Assembly: GCA_038203025.1 (NCBI GenBank)
Contig: JBBREK010000001.1
Span: forward strand, 6,165-70,164
Direction: 5' to 3'
DNA length: 64,000 nucleotides
Source of the DNA: Planctomycetota bacterium
GTDB taxonomy: Bacteria > Planctomycetota > UBA11346
The notes under the pieces are model-generated. The model made no database searches. It was not told the DNA's origin and worked only from the letters and a program-made list of their open reading frames with translations. Below are positions 55,001 to 62,149 of this stretch, in pieces; within the stretch, counting starts at the first letter, position 1; each line of letters starts with the position of its first letter. The position numbers and the translations under genes were made by a program.

Positions 55001-55507
55001 GAGACCGGCCGGCGTGAGGACGGGGCGCGCACCCTGGTCGGGACGCTGCCCCAGGCCCTACCCGAGCCGGCCGAGTTGCTCCTGCACCTGTGTACCCCGC
55101 CAGGATGGAGCGGCCTGCTCGCCCTGCCCGAGCCGGTGCGCTTCGCCACCGCCGTGGGTCGCCTGCCGGCCGGCGACTGGTCGCAAGTCGGCGTGCTACG
55201 CGACTATTCGGGCGCCGCCTGGTACCGCCGCGATCTCGACCTCGCTGAGGTCGCCGGCCGCACATGGGTCGATCTCGGGGCAGTCGGCGCCACCGCCCTG
55301 GTGCGGCTCAACGGCGAAGACATCGGCACGCTGCTCAGCACCCCCTGGCGCCTTGAACTGACCGGCCGTCTGCGTCCTGGCCGCAACCGTCTGGAGATCC
55401 GCGTCAGCAACACGCTCGCCAACCACTACCGCACAGTTCCGACCCGCTACCACGGCGACCTGGTCAGTGGGCTGCTTGGACCGGTCCGCCTGCTGCGTGA
55501 ATCGTAG
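52061..55507 (+). CDS. Large (1148 aa) putative glycoside hydrolase with an N-terminal FWWWNGD-type catalytic region and a C-terminal GH2-like sugar-binding jelly-roll domain.
   Basis: The N-terminus has a PFWWWNGD motif, which I associate from memory with large GH106-type (rhamnosidase-like) hydrolases. The C-terminus VRLNGEDIGTL..PWRLELTGRLRPGRNRLEIRVSNTLANHY matches the GH2 N-terminal/sugar-binding pattern. It is divergently paired with an AraC regulator. Confidence 0.5.
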   Translation: MPVVDPVDPADFRTPPPGYGEVPFWWWNGDHLDPARLRWQLDRLAGCGVSGVQINYAHAPHGGGGYGLTYPSDPPLFSEAWWRVWDDTVEACRERGLRIGLSDYTLAWPGNGQWVDRIAADPAFRGAVLRHRLATVADGAVFVDELPYDPLCVRAYPLHGAVADGAAGRDLGASRSQRWTSPPGAWLVVALWPEPVAQSLDPLHPQLGRRVVEEHFQRFVDRLPPASAGALDYFFQDELMFGLGNGRPWSSHLPAAFRARNGYDLIPELPALVADLGQHSAKVRLDCADAAAQLMEDGYFRPIHAWHAQRGMTYGCDQLGRGTQPQRYGGYMRAIRWFSAPGHDTPGVGADLVKGKVSSSIAHLNRRPRVWLEGYHSAGWGMEPARILDATVRNFAYGCSLLSLHGLYYSTHGSHWEWAPPCYHFRMPYWRDFADGLRGVERLSWLLTRGVHRCDVAVLYPVAALDSGLADSPEPAFAAIRHLVEQGCDADFIDDGALAEAQVVDGVLAAADERFRVLVLADAVAMRHAALERAAEFARAGGLVVLLGRPPRASERQGDGDAVVAALAAEIAGHGVQADSPAAALAAISARIPRDCVPAASALVLHRACDDLDLWLLVGARPGAAFELRAVGAVELWDPWTGAIAPLADAVCGPHTTSLRLPPTPVPHDAWIVVVRHGPPPVAEVAPTAQPVVVTSTSLEGPWEFQLEPTLDNQWGDFRLPISEAMIGAEARQLEVQKADGSWRTATCGFGPQAWRLEVPEGVDAAAALSAVLAAAHVDPARSLAVGGRDLPWAAQEFSWRWGVEGQPGSQGYHGLKGVLSDEVLALGVRAADPPAYLWSEAELQPGGIQTRLLWTTLHAPGGAVARVQVGGLVPTGMWLDGRPIAAGARVTVGDGARLVLRYDGVGRSHVVLRRELAPAARRPLASSWWCDDAVLPWAVEPHGGEMVCRCLAPPGLVGFTLMAHGVVAASVAGVPVPLTETGRREDGARTLVGTLPQALPEPAELLLHLCTPPGWSGLLALPEPVRFATAVGRLPAGDWSQVGVLRDYSGAAWYRRDLDLAEVAGRTWVDLGAVGATALVRLNGEDIGTLLSTPWRLELTGRLRPGRNRLEIRVSNTLANHYRTVPTRYHGDLVSGLLGPVRLLRES

Positions 55508-55559
55508 CTGGTCGTCTTCTCCGCTTGCGTTGACCCATGGAACCAGCTGAAGTCCAGAC

Positions 55560-56084
55560 ATGGAACGCCACCCCATCGCCCCCGAGGACTTCGCCTGCCG
55601 GCCGGTGCAGCTGCTGAGCGAGCGCTGGATGCTGCTGGGCAGCGGTGACGGTCCCGAGCGCTGGAACGCCATGACCGTGTCGTGGGGCGGCTTCGGCGTG
55701 ATGTGGGCGATGCCGATCGCGCTGGTCACCGTCCGGCCCAGCCGCCACACCTACAGCCTGCTCGCCGCCTGTCCGGATTTCACCCTGATGGTCCTGCCTG
55801 AGCACCTGCGTCCGGCCCTCGACCTGTGCGGGCATCGCAGCGGTCGCGATGGCGATAAGTTTGCCGATGCTGGCCTGACGCCGCGTCCTGCCGTGGCTGG
55901 GCGTGCCCCCGATCTGGCCGAGGCCGAACTGTGCATCTGCTGCCGCACCGTCGGCTGGGTCGACCTGCAGACCGCCGGTCTGGTCGACGAGATGGTGGCC
56001 CGCGTCGAGGGTCCGCCCGCCGACCAGCACCGCTGGTTCGCCGGCCGCATCATCGGCATCAGCGGCACTGCCGCGTGGAGCTAG
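55560..56084 (+). CDS. Flavin reductase-like (FMN-binding split-barrel) protein.
   Basis: Has the NAMTVSWGG motif and a ~170-aa length typical of the family. Confidence 0.55.
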   Translation: MERHPIAPEDFACRPVQLLSERWMLLGSGDGPERWNAMTVSWGGFGVMWAMPIALVTVRPSRHTYSLLAACPDFTLMVLPEHLRPALDLCGHRSGRDGDKFADAGLTPRPAVAGRAPDLAEAELCICCRTVGWVDLQTAGLVDEMVARVEGPPADQHRWFAGRIIGISGTAAWS

Positions 56085-56086
56085 TT

Positions 56087-56110
56087 AGCATCAGCGTCAG
56101 CATCAGCATC
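56087..56110. repeat. (AGCRTC)4 hexamer repeat directly after the flavin-reductase stop.
   Basis: Read directly as agcatcagcgtcagcatcagcatc. A decayed copy (gcgctgacgcgc) follows, and a terminator hairpin lies about 13 bp further downstream. Confidence 0.7.
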
Positions 56111-56123
56111 GCGCTGACGCGCT

Positions 56124-56148
56124 CCTGGAGGGGTCTCGACCCCTCCAG
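56124..56148 (+). terminator. Hairpin CTGGAGGGG-TCTCGA-CCCCTCCAG (a 9-bp perfect stem) downstream of the flavin-reductase gene.
   Basis: Read directly. Confidence 0.5.
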
Positions 56149-56300
56149 ACCTCCCCGACCGGGCTCTGCCCTGGACCCGCAAGCCCGGCTCGCTGACGCT
56201 CACCGATTGCGCGTCCCACGTCCAGCGAGGTGTGCTCGGCTCCGGCCAAGCCTACGCCTGCGCCACCATCAGGACGTACCTTCGCGACGTACTTTCGATC

Positions 56301-56347
56301 CGTAGCGCCGGCGTTAGCCGGCCCGGTCGGCAGGCTTCAGCCTGCCG
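56301..56347. repeat. REP-like twin-hairpin element, copy 2 (CGTAGCGCCGGCGTTAGCCGG-CCCGG-TCGGCAGGCTTCAGCCTGCCG).
   Basis: 42 of 47 bp are identical to 7091..7137. The second stem carries compensatory G>A / C>T changes. The TGA stop of the ligase-like gene lies in the loop. Confidence 0.5.
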
Positions 56348-57596
56348 CGTCGGCCGCCGTGGATTCCAAACCGCCTCGCACAGAGCCACCCAGGCTGGCC
56401 CCAAGCACCAATCCCAGGGCGGCGTGGAAGCCCATGCCCGGCGCTGCCTGCGTCGGCAATGGCTCGAAGATGGCGCAGACCACGGCCGCGACAGCCAGCC
56501 CGCAGCCGGCCTGGAAGGCTTCGGGGGCTTCGCGCCGACGCCGCCACAGCATCGCCAGTACGGTCAGGACCAAGGCCAGATGCAGGACGGCAGCAGGCAG
56601 GCCGTGCTCGGCCGCCACCGCCAGCAGCCAGTCGTGGGCGTGCGGGCAGCCACCCTGGTCGGCGAATTCATTCGGCGGACCGGGTGCCACGCGGTCGTAG
56701 GTGTCGTTCCAGGCCAATTCGAAGGCCTTGCGGTGCCCGAGGCCCAGCAACGGCCGTTCGCCGATCATCACCGTGGTGACCTGCCAGATCGGCAGGCGGC
56801 CATCCTGCCCGGCGAGCATCGAGCGCAGACGGTCGCCATCGGTCATGGCCAGTCGGGCAAGCATGGCACCACCCAGCACCACGGCGACGAGGCCGGCGAC
56901 CAGCAGCCAGCGCCGTCCGCGCACCGCCAGCGCAGCGGCGAGGCCTGCCGTCCCGCCGAGGATGGCGGCCCGTGCCCCGCAGATGCCGACCCCGACCAGC
57001 CCGATCATCCGCCCGGCCCAGGCCCAGGCCGTGCCGGCCATCACCGGCACGCTCAGCGCGGCGAGGATGGCGCCGGCGAAGCCATAGCTGAGGTGGAAGG
57101 AACTGAAGCCGCGGGCATAAGCGAATCGATGCCCGTCGGGATCAATGCGCAGCGGCCCCTTGCCCAATCCGACGCAGAACTGCAGCAGGGCGACCGTCAG
57201 CGCAATGCCGCCGGTGACCACCAGGGCGCGCAAGGCGAAGCGCAGCCAGCGCGCATCGGCCGCTGCCGCGGCGACCAGGGGCACCGCCAGCCAGACGTAG
57301 GCCAAACCGCTAATGCGGTCGCAGCCCGGCTGTCCGCGCAGCCAGCCGCTGAGATTGCTGGCCAGCACCCAGGCGCCGAGGACGAGACCGACGTGCAGCG
57401 CCGGCAGCCGATGCAGCGGCGGGCGCGCCAGGATCGCTCCGACGAAGGCGACGGCGAGGCCGAACAGGCCCCACGGCGGGGTCAGGAAGATGCCGCACAG
57501 CATACCGGTGCTGCCTATCCACAGCAGCCAGCGTCCGATGACTGGTGCTGAGCGCGGCGGTGCGGCGTCGATCCGTGCGTTCCAGGCGGCGAGCAT
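56337..57596 (-). CDS. O-antigen ligase/polymerase-family membrane protein (WaaL/Wzy_C-like).
   Basis: Polytopic, with a periplasmic loop HRKAFELAWNDTYDRVAPGPPNEFADQGGCPHAHDWLL resembling the Wzy_C motif. Confidence 0.55.
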   Translation of the reverse strand: MLAAWNARIDAAPPRSAPVIGRWLLWIGSTGMLCGIFLTPPWGLFGLAVAFVGAILARPPLHRLPALHVGLVLGAWVLASNLSGWLRGQPGCDRISGLAYVWLAVPLVAAAAADARWLRFALRALVVTGGIALTVALLQFCVGLGKGPLRIDPDGHRFAYARGFSSFHLSYGFAGAILAALSVPVMAGTAWAWAGRMIGLVGVGICGARAAILGGTAGLAAALAVRGRRWLLVAGLVAVVLGGAMLARLAMTDGDRLRSMLAGQDGRLPIWQVTTVMIGERPLLGLGHRKAFELAWNDTYDRVAPGPPNEFADQGGCPHAHDWLLAVAAEHGLPAAVLHLALVLTVLAMLWRRRREAPEAFQAGCGLAVAAVVCAIFEPLPTQAAPGMGFHAALGLVLGASLGGSVRGGLESTAADAAG

Positions 57597-57616
57597 CAGG
57601 CGGTCACCTGCTGTTC
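57585..57616. repeat. Left copy of the 32-bp direct repeat GGC[G]GCGAGCATCAGGCGGTCACCTGC[T]GTTC flanking the vapBC cassette. It contains the ligase start codon.
   Basis: Matches 58489..58520 at 30 of 32 bp. Confidence 0.7.
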
Positions 57617-57681
57617 ACATAGCACGGCCAGCTGAAGGTTCCGCCTCAGCCTGATGATTCCGACGATCTTCGTGGGGCGGC

Positions 57682-58125
57682 TCATGTAGTGGCGTCCGGC
57701 TCGGTGATGTGCGGCTCGTCCCAGAAGGGGATGAAGTCCTTGCGATTGAGGGTCCAGATGCACGCGGCGCCGGCGCGCCGGAGGCAGACGACATGTAATG
57801 CGTCGTGCACCGCGCCGCCGCTACGACCGGCAGCAGCAGCGACGGCGCGGATGGCCTCCAGCTGGCAGGCTTCGTCCACCGCCACGACCTGCAGTCGGGC
57901 AGCCAGTTCGCGGCCGACCAGCAGCTCGGCGTCGGCGGCGCGGATCGCCGGACGTAGCGGCAGCCGGGTCAGCACCGAAAAGGTCTCGGCCAAGGCATGG
58001 GCGCAGATGGTTCCGGTGATGCCGTCGCGCTCGCAGCGTTCGAGCAGGGCGCGGCAGGCGCGATGGCGCGGGTGCGGCACGACCAGGGCGGCGACCAGGA
58101 CCGAGGTGTCGAAGCCCCAGATCAC
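57682..58125 (-). CDS. vapC: PIN-domain toxin (VapC).
   Basis: Has the conserved acidic residues of a PIN domain (FDTSVL, D..ETF, LNRKDF). Its start overlaps the vapB stop by 4 bp. Confidence 0.7.
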   Translation of the reverse strand: MIWGFDTSVLVAALVVPHPRHRACRALLERCERDGITGTICAHALAETFSVLTRLPLRPAIRAADAELLVGRELAARLQVVAVDEACQLEAIRAVAAAAGRSGGAVHDALHVVCLRRAGAACIWTLNRKDFIPFWDEPHITEPDATT

Positions 58126-58409
58126 GGCACCATGCCAGCGAGGCGGTCGGTCCGCTCGTCACGCAGGGTCTGCAGCAGGCTGCGTGTTGGATCTTGGCCA
58201 TCGAGCGGGCCGACCCAGGCGCCGTCGTAGACCATGCGTCCCTCGGCCAGACGCAGGCCGCCGGGGCCGGCGGCGGCGGCGGGCTCAAGATGCACGGAGT
58301 TGGCATCCTCGCTTAGCACCAGGGTCGTGCCTGCCACCCAGCCATGGCGATCGCGGATCTCCTTGGGAATCACAACGCGACCGAAGCGGTCGATGGCAAG
58401 CGTTGTCAT
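58122..58409 (-). CDS. vapB: AbrB/MazE/SpoVT-type antitoxin (VapB).
   Basis: N-terminal swapped-hairpin motif IDRFGRVVIPKEIRDRHGW. A small upstream partner of the PIN gene. Confidence 0.65.
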   Translation of the reverse strand: MTTLAIDRFGRVVIPKEIRDRHGWVAGTTLVLSEDANSVHLEPAAAAGPGGLRLAEGRMVYDGAWVGPLDGQDPTRSLLQTLRDERTDRLAGMVP

Positions 58410-58438
58410 GGCAATGGCATTCTGTCAATGCCATTGCC
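58410..58438 (-). promoter_or_regulatory. Putative vapBC operator: a perfect 12-bp inverted repeat GGCAATGGCATT-ctgtc-AATGCCATTGCC that abuts the vapB start codon.
   Basis: The palindrome was read directly. Toxin-antitoxin operons are classically autoregulated through such operators. Confidence 0.5.
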
Positions 58439-58488
58439 ATGAGCAAGCGTCAATACCCCCCCTTGCTGAGCAGGACGACGTCGCTGGT

Positions 58489-58520
58489 GGCCGCGAGCAT
58501 CAGGCGGTCACCTGCCGTTC
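58489..58520. repeat. Right copy of the 32-bp direct repeat. It contains the gmd stop and a remnant of the ligase start (ATGCTCGCGGCC...).
   Basis: See 57585..57616. Confidence 0.7.
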
Positions 58521-59465
58521 GTGCGCCACCAGTCGGGACACCACCCCGCGCCAATCGGTGGCGGCCGTCCAGCCGAGGCCGCGCTTCGCCTTGGCGGCGT
58601 TACCGACCGAGCGCATCAGGTCGGTCGGTCGCAGCAGGGCGGGATCGGCGTCGACGTGCTGGCGCCAGTCGAGGTCGAGGCTGGCGAAGGCCTCGGCGAC
58701 GAATTCCTGCAGCGAGGCGTCGGTGCCGGTGGCGATGACGTAGTCGTCGGCGAGATCCTGCTGCAGCATGGCATGCATCGCCACGACGTATTCCGGGGCC
58801 CAGCCCCAGTCGCGGCGGATGGCGGTATTGCCCAGGCGCAGCCGTTCGCCGGAGCCGGCGGCGATACGGCAGGCGGTCTGCACGATCTTGCGGGTGACGA
58901 AGCGGGTTGGCCGCAGCGGACTCTCATGGTTGAAGAGGATGCCGCTGCAGGCGAAGAGGCCGTAGGCTTCGCGATAGTTGGCGACCAGCCAGTAGGAGGT
59001 CGCCTTGGCGACGGCGTAGGGGCTACGCGGGTGGAAGGGATGCAATTCGTCGGCGCCGGCTGAGGTCACCTCACCGAAGCACTCGCTGCTCGCCGCGTTG
59101 TACAGGCGCACTGGCCGGGCGAGAAAGCGGACCGCCTCCAGCAGGTTGATCGTGCCGATGCCGATGCTGTCCAGCGTTTCGACCGGTTGCTCGAACGACA
59201 GGCCTACCGACGATTGCCCGGAGAGGTTGTAGACCTCGTCGGGTTGGTGTTGGGCCAGCGTCTGGACGACGCTGCGGAAATCGATCGGGTTCATCGACGC
59301 GAGGGTCACCCGCGCCGTGATTCCCAGGGCATCGAGGCCTCCGGTGCGCGCCGTGCCGGCGTCGCGTGAGGTGCCGATCACGCGATAGTCCAGACCAAGC
59401 AGGTGGCTGGCCAGCCAGGCCCCATCCTGGCCGGTGGCTCCGACGATCATGGCGGTGCGGCCCAT
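58500..59465 (-). CDS. gmd: GDP-mannose 4,6-dehydratase.
   Basis: Has GATGQDG, RSPYAVAK, ILFNHESP and VTRKI motifs. The ATG at 59465 overlaps the upstream stop as TGATG. Confidence 0.8.
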   Translation of the reverse strand: MGRTAMIVGATGQDGAWLASHLLGLDYRVIGTSRDAGTARTGGLDALGITARVTLASMNPIDFRSVVQTLAQHQPDEVYNLSGQSSVGLSFEQPVETLDSIGIGTINLLEAVRFLARPVRLYNAASSECFGEVTSAGADELHPFHPRSPYAVAKATSYWLVANYREAYGLFACSGILFNHESPLRPTRFVTRKIVQTACRIAAGSGERLRLGNTAIRRDWGWAPEYVVAMHAMLQQDLADDYVIATGTDASLQEFVAEAFASLDLDWRQHVDADPALLRPTDLMRSVGNAAKAKRGLGWTAATDWRGVVSRLVAHERQVTA

Positions 59466-60865
59466 CAGTATGCTCCCTTGCCCAGTAGGACGACACGCAC
59501 GGTGCGCGCCAGCACCACTAGGTCCAGCCACACCGACCAGTTGCGCACGTAGTAGCAATCCAGCGCGACGCGCTCGCCGTAGGTGGTGTCGTTGCGGCCG
59601 GACACCTGCCACAGGCCGCTGAGTCCGGGGCGGACCTTGCCGTACAACTCGTAGTGGACTCCGTATTTCACCACCTCATCCCGAACGATCGGGCGCGGGC
59701 CGACCAGGCTCATCTCGCCGCGTAGGATGTTCCACAGCTGGGGCAACTCATCGAGCGAGGTGCGGCGGAGGAACCGCCCGATCCAGGTGACGCGCGGATC
59801 GTCCTTCAGCTTGTGGTCGCGCTCCCACTCGGCGCGCAGCTCGGGATGGCGCTCGAGGTACGCCGCCAGCTGGGCGTCGGCGTCCTTGACCATGCTGCGG
59901 AACTTCCAGGCGCGGAATTCGCGCCCGCCGCGCCCGAGCCGGCGTTGGCCGTAGAACAGCGGACCAGCCGAGGTCACCGTCACCGCCAGGGCGATGCCGG
60001 CGAAGAGCCAGCTGAACAGCACCAGGCCGAGCGACACCGCCACCACGTCGACGATGCGTTTGATCACCCGCGCCTCGGGACGCAGCAGGTTCTGCCGCAC
60101 CTCCAGCACCAGGGTGTTGGCGAACTCGCGGGTCTCGGCGATGACGTCCGGACTACCCGGCAGGGCCGGGGCGATGAAGACATGGCGCAGCTGGTCGCCG
60201 AGCTGGTCGAGCATGCGCGACAGCTGGTCCGGCGGCAGGCCAGGCATGGCGAGGATGGCGTGGCGGATGCCCTCGGCGTGGAGGCGCGGCAGGTCGGCGA
60301 GGGTGCCGTCGACGCGCAGGCCACCGGCCTCGGCGCCCTGCTTGGCGGCATCGTCATCGAGCAGCGCGACTGGTCGCAAGCCCAGCCACGGCCGCGAGCG
60401 CAGGAGTCCGACGACCTGCACCCCGGTGGCGCCGGCCCCGAGCACCGCCACTGGTACACCCCACCAGCCCGAGCGGCACAGCGCCCGGCGGACGCCGGCA
60501 TGCAGCAGCGGCACCGCCGGCAGGGCGAGCAGCCAGGTCGCGGCGAAGACCTGGCGCGACCACGCCGTACCGCTCTGGCCGAGGAAGGTCAGGGCGACGG
60601 CGCCGACGATGACGATGGTGGTGCCCTGGCTCAGCCGGCGCAGCTCCTCGGCCGGGCCCCAGCCGATGCCCGGATACAGGTCAAGCAGGGCGTAGACGGC
60701 GGCTGCGCCACCGAGCAGCAGCGGCAGGGCCTGCAGGTACATGGCCAGTGGCAGTTCCGGGTTGGTCCACGCCTTGAGCCACCAGGAGACTGCGGCACAG
60801 GCTGCCAGCGCCGTCAGGTCGGCAGCGATCAGGGCGAGACAGGTCGGTAAGGAGCGGGCGCGCAC
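59465..60865 (-). CDS. Polyprenyl-phosphate hexose-1-phosphate transferase (WbaP-like bacterial sugar transferase), the initiating enzyme.
   Basis: N-terminal transmembrane segments, a central Rossmann-like region, and a C-terminal sugar-transferase domain (LSLVGPRP, GLSGLWQVSGRN). Confidence 0.75.
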   Translation of the reverse strand: MRARSLPTCLALIAADLTALAACAAVSWWLKAWTNPELPLAMYLQALPLLLGGAAAVYALLDLYPGIGWGPAEELRRLSQGTTIVIVGAVALTFLGQSGTAWSRQVFAATWLLALPAVPLLHAGVRRALCRSGWWGVPVAVLGAGATGVQVVGLLRSRPWLGLRPVALLDDDAAKQGAEAGGLRVDGTLADLPRLHAEGIRHAILAMPGLPPDQLSRMLDQLGDQLRHVFIAPALPGSPDVIAETREFANTLVLEVRQNLLRPEARVIKRIVDVVAVSLGLVLFSWLFAGIALAVTVTSAGPLFYGQRRLGRGGREFRAWKFRSMVKDADAQLAAYLERHPELRAEWERDHKLKDDPRVTWIGRFLRRTSLDELPQLWNILRGEMSLVGPRPIVRDEVVKYGVHYELYGKVRPGLSGLWQVSGRNDTTYGERVALDCYYVRNWSVWLDLVVLARTVRVVLLGKGAY

Positions 60866-60958
60866 GAGTCGGCACTATCTGGGGGGTCCGACGGGATCCA
60901 GGGCTGATCCAGGACTGCTCCAGGACCGCGGACTTCAGCCCGCGGTCCTGTCCGGCAC

Positions 60959-62149
60959 CTACGGCAACGGAACCAGACCCAGCAGTCCGCGCCACCGCAG
61001 TGCGAACACCTGCGGATCATGGTCGCGGCGCAGATGCTCCTGGCCGATGACGATGGCACGGCGCAGGTCGTCCAGACGGGCCTCGGGATCGGCGATGAAG
61101 GCTGCCCAGGTGGCGTCGTCATCGGGCAGGATCAGTGGATACCCGGGCCAGTCGACGCCCTCGAACGCGGCCTGGTTACCAACCGCCGGGCAGCCATGCG
61201 CGACGGCCTCCAGCATCTTGGTCTTCACCCCGCCGGCCAGGGCTGACGGATTCAGCAGCACGCTGCGCCCGTCGTAGGTCGCGGCGGCGAGGTCGGCGAC
61301 GAAGCCATGGCAAACCACCCCGGCTGGTGCCACGATGCCGTTTGGCTCGCGCCGGCCGAACCAGTGCAGCTCGCGACCGGCTGGAGCGTGGGCCCACAGG
61401 CGGAACAGGCGCAGCAGGGTCAGGCGGTTCTGCGACAGGTTCTCGCCACCGACGAAAATCAGGCGTGGCGGCGTGGCCAGTTCCGCCCCCGGACGCACGA
61501 GCACCTGGGCCGGCGGGACGCAGCGGATGCGCGCCTGCAGCGCGGCCGGCACCAGAGCGCGGTTGGCGGCGCACTCGGCCGGCGAGAGCAGCACGACCTC
61601 GTCGCACAGGCGGACGAGTTCGCGCTCGACCCGTTCCAGCGACCACGCTTCGTAGCGCAACACCAGGCCACCGAGCTGGGCGAGCAGCCAGCGCAGCGGC
61701 CGCGGTGCCAGCCGGGCGACGTAGCCGAGATTGGGTGGATCGCCGATCGCGAGCTGCAGCCGGGCGCGGCGTGACAGCAGGTCGTGCGAGTCGCACACCA
61801 GTCGGCGTCCTGGGCGGCGCAGGTGGCGCACCGCGGCGATGCAGCGCACACCATCGATGTAGACCGTCTCGGCCGAACCGACCTCGGCGAGCGCTTGGCG
61901 GAGCGCAGCCGAGGCTGCATAAAGCGCGCATTGCAGCGGCTCGGGTCGCAACGTCGCCAGCCGCCACAGCCAGTGCAGCCCGGCGCTCAGGCGTGCGCCC
62001 CAGCCCAGCTCCAAAGCGTGGCGCAGGCGGACGTGATGCACCTCGCGCAGCGCCCCGGCGTAAAGATCGGCGATGATGCGCGGCCGCCCGGCAGCGGCGT
62101 TGGGCTCGTGGTCGCGGGTCCACAGGGCGGCGCAATTGGAGTCGTTCAC
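60959..62149 (-). CDS. Glycosyltransferase family 4 (GT1 fold).
   Basis: Has the GGVKTKMLEAVAHGCPAV motif. The GTG start at 62149 overlaps the upstream stop as GTGA. Confidence 0.65.
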   Translation of the reverse strand: MNDSNCAALWTRDHEPNAAAGRPRIIADLYAGALREVHHVRLRHALELGWGARLSAGLHWLWRLATLRPEPLQCALYAASAALRQALAEVGSAETVYIDGVRCIAAVRHLRRPGRRLVCDSHDLLSRRARLQLAIGDPPNLGYVARLAPRPLRWLLAQLGGLVLRYEAWSLERVERELVRLCDEVVLLSPAECAANRALVPAALQARIRCVPPAQVLVRPGAELATPPRLIFVGGENLSQNRLTLLRLFRLWAHAPAGRELHWFGRREPNGIVAPAGVVCHGFVADLAAATYDGRSVLLNPSALAGGVKTKMLEAVAHGCPAVGNQAAFEGVDWPGYPLILPDDDATWAAFIADPEARLDDLRRAIVIGQEHLRRDHDPQVFALRWRGLLGLVPLP

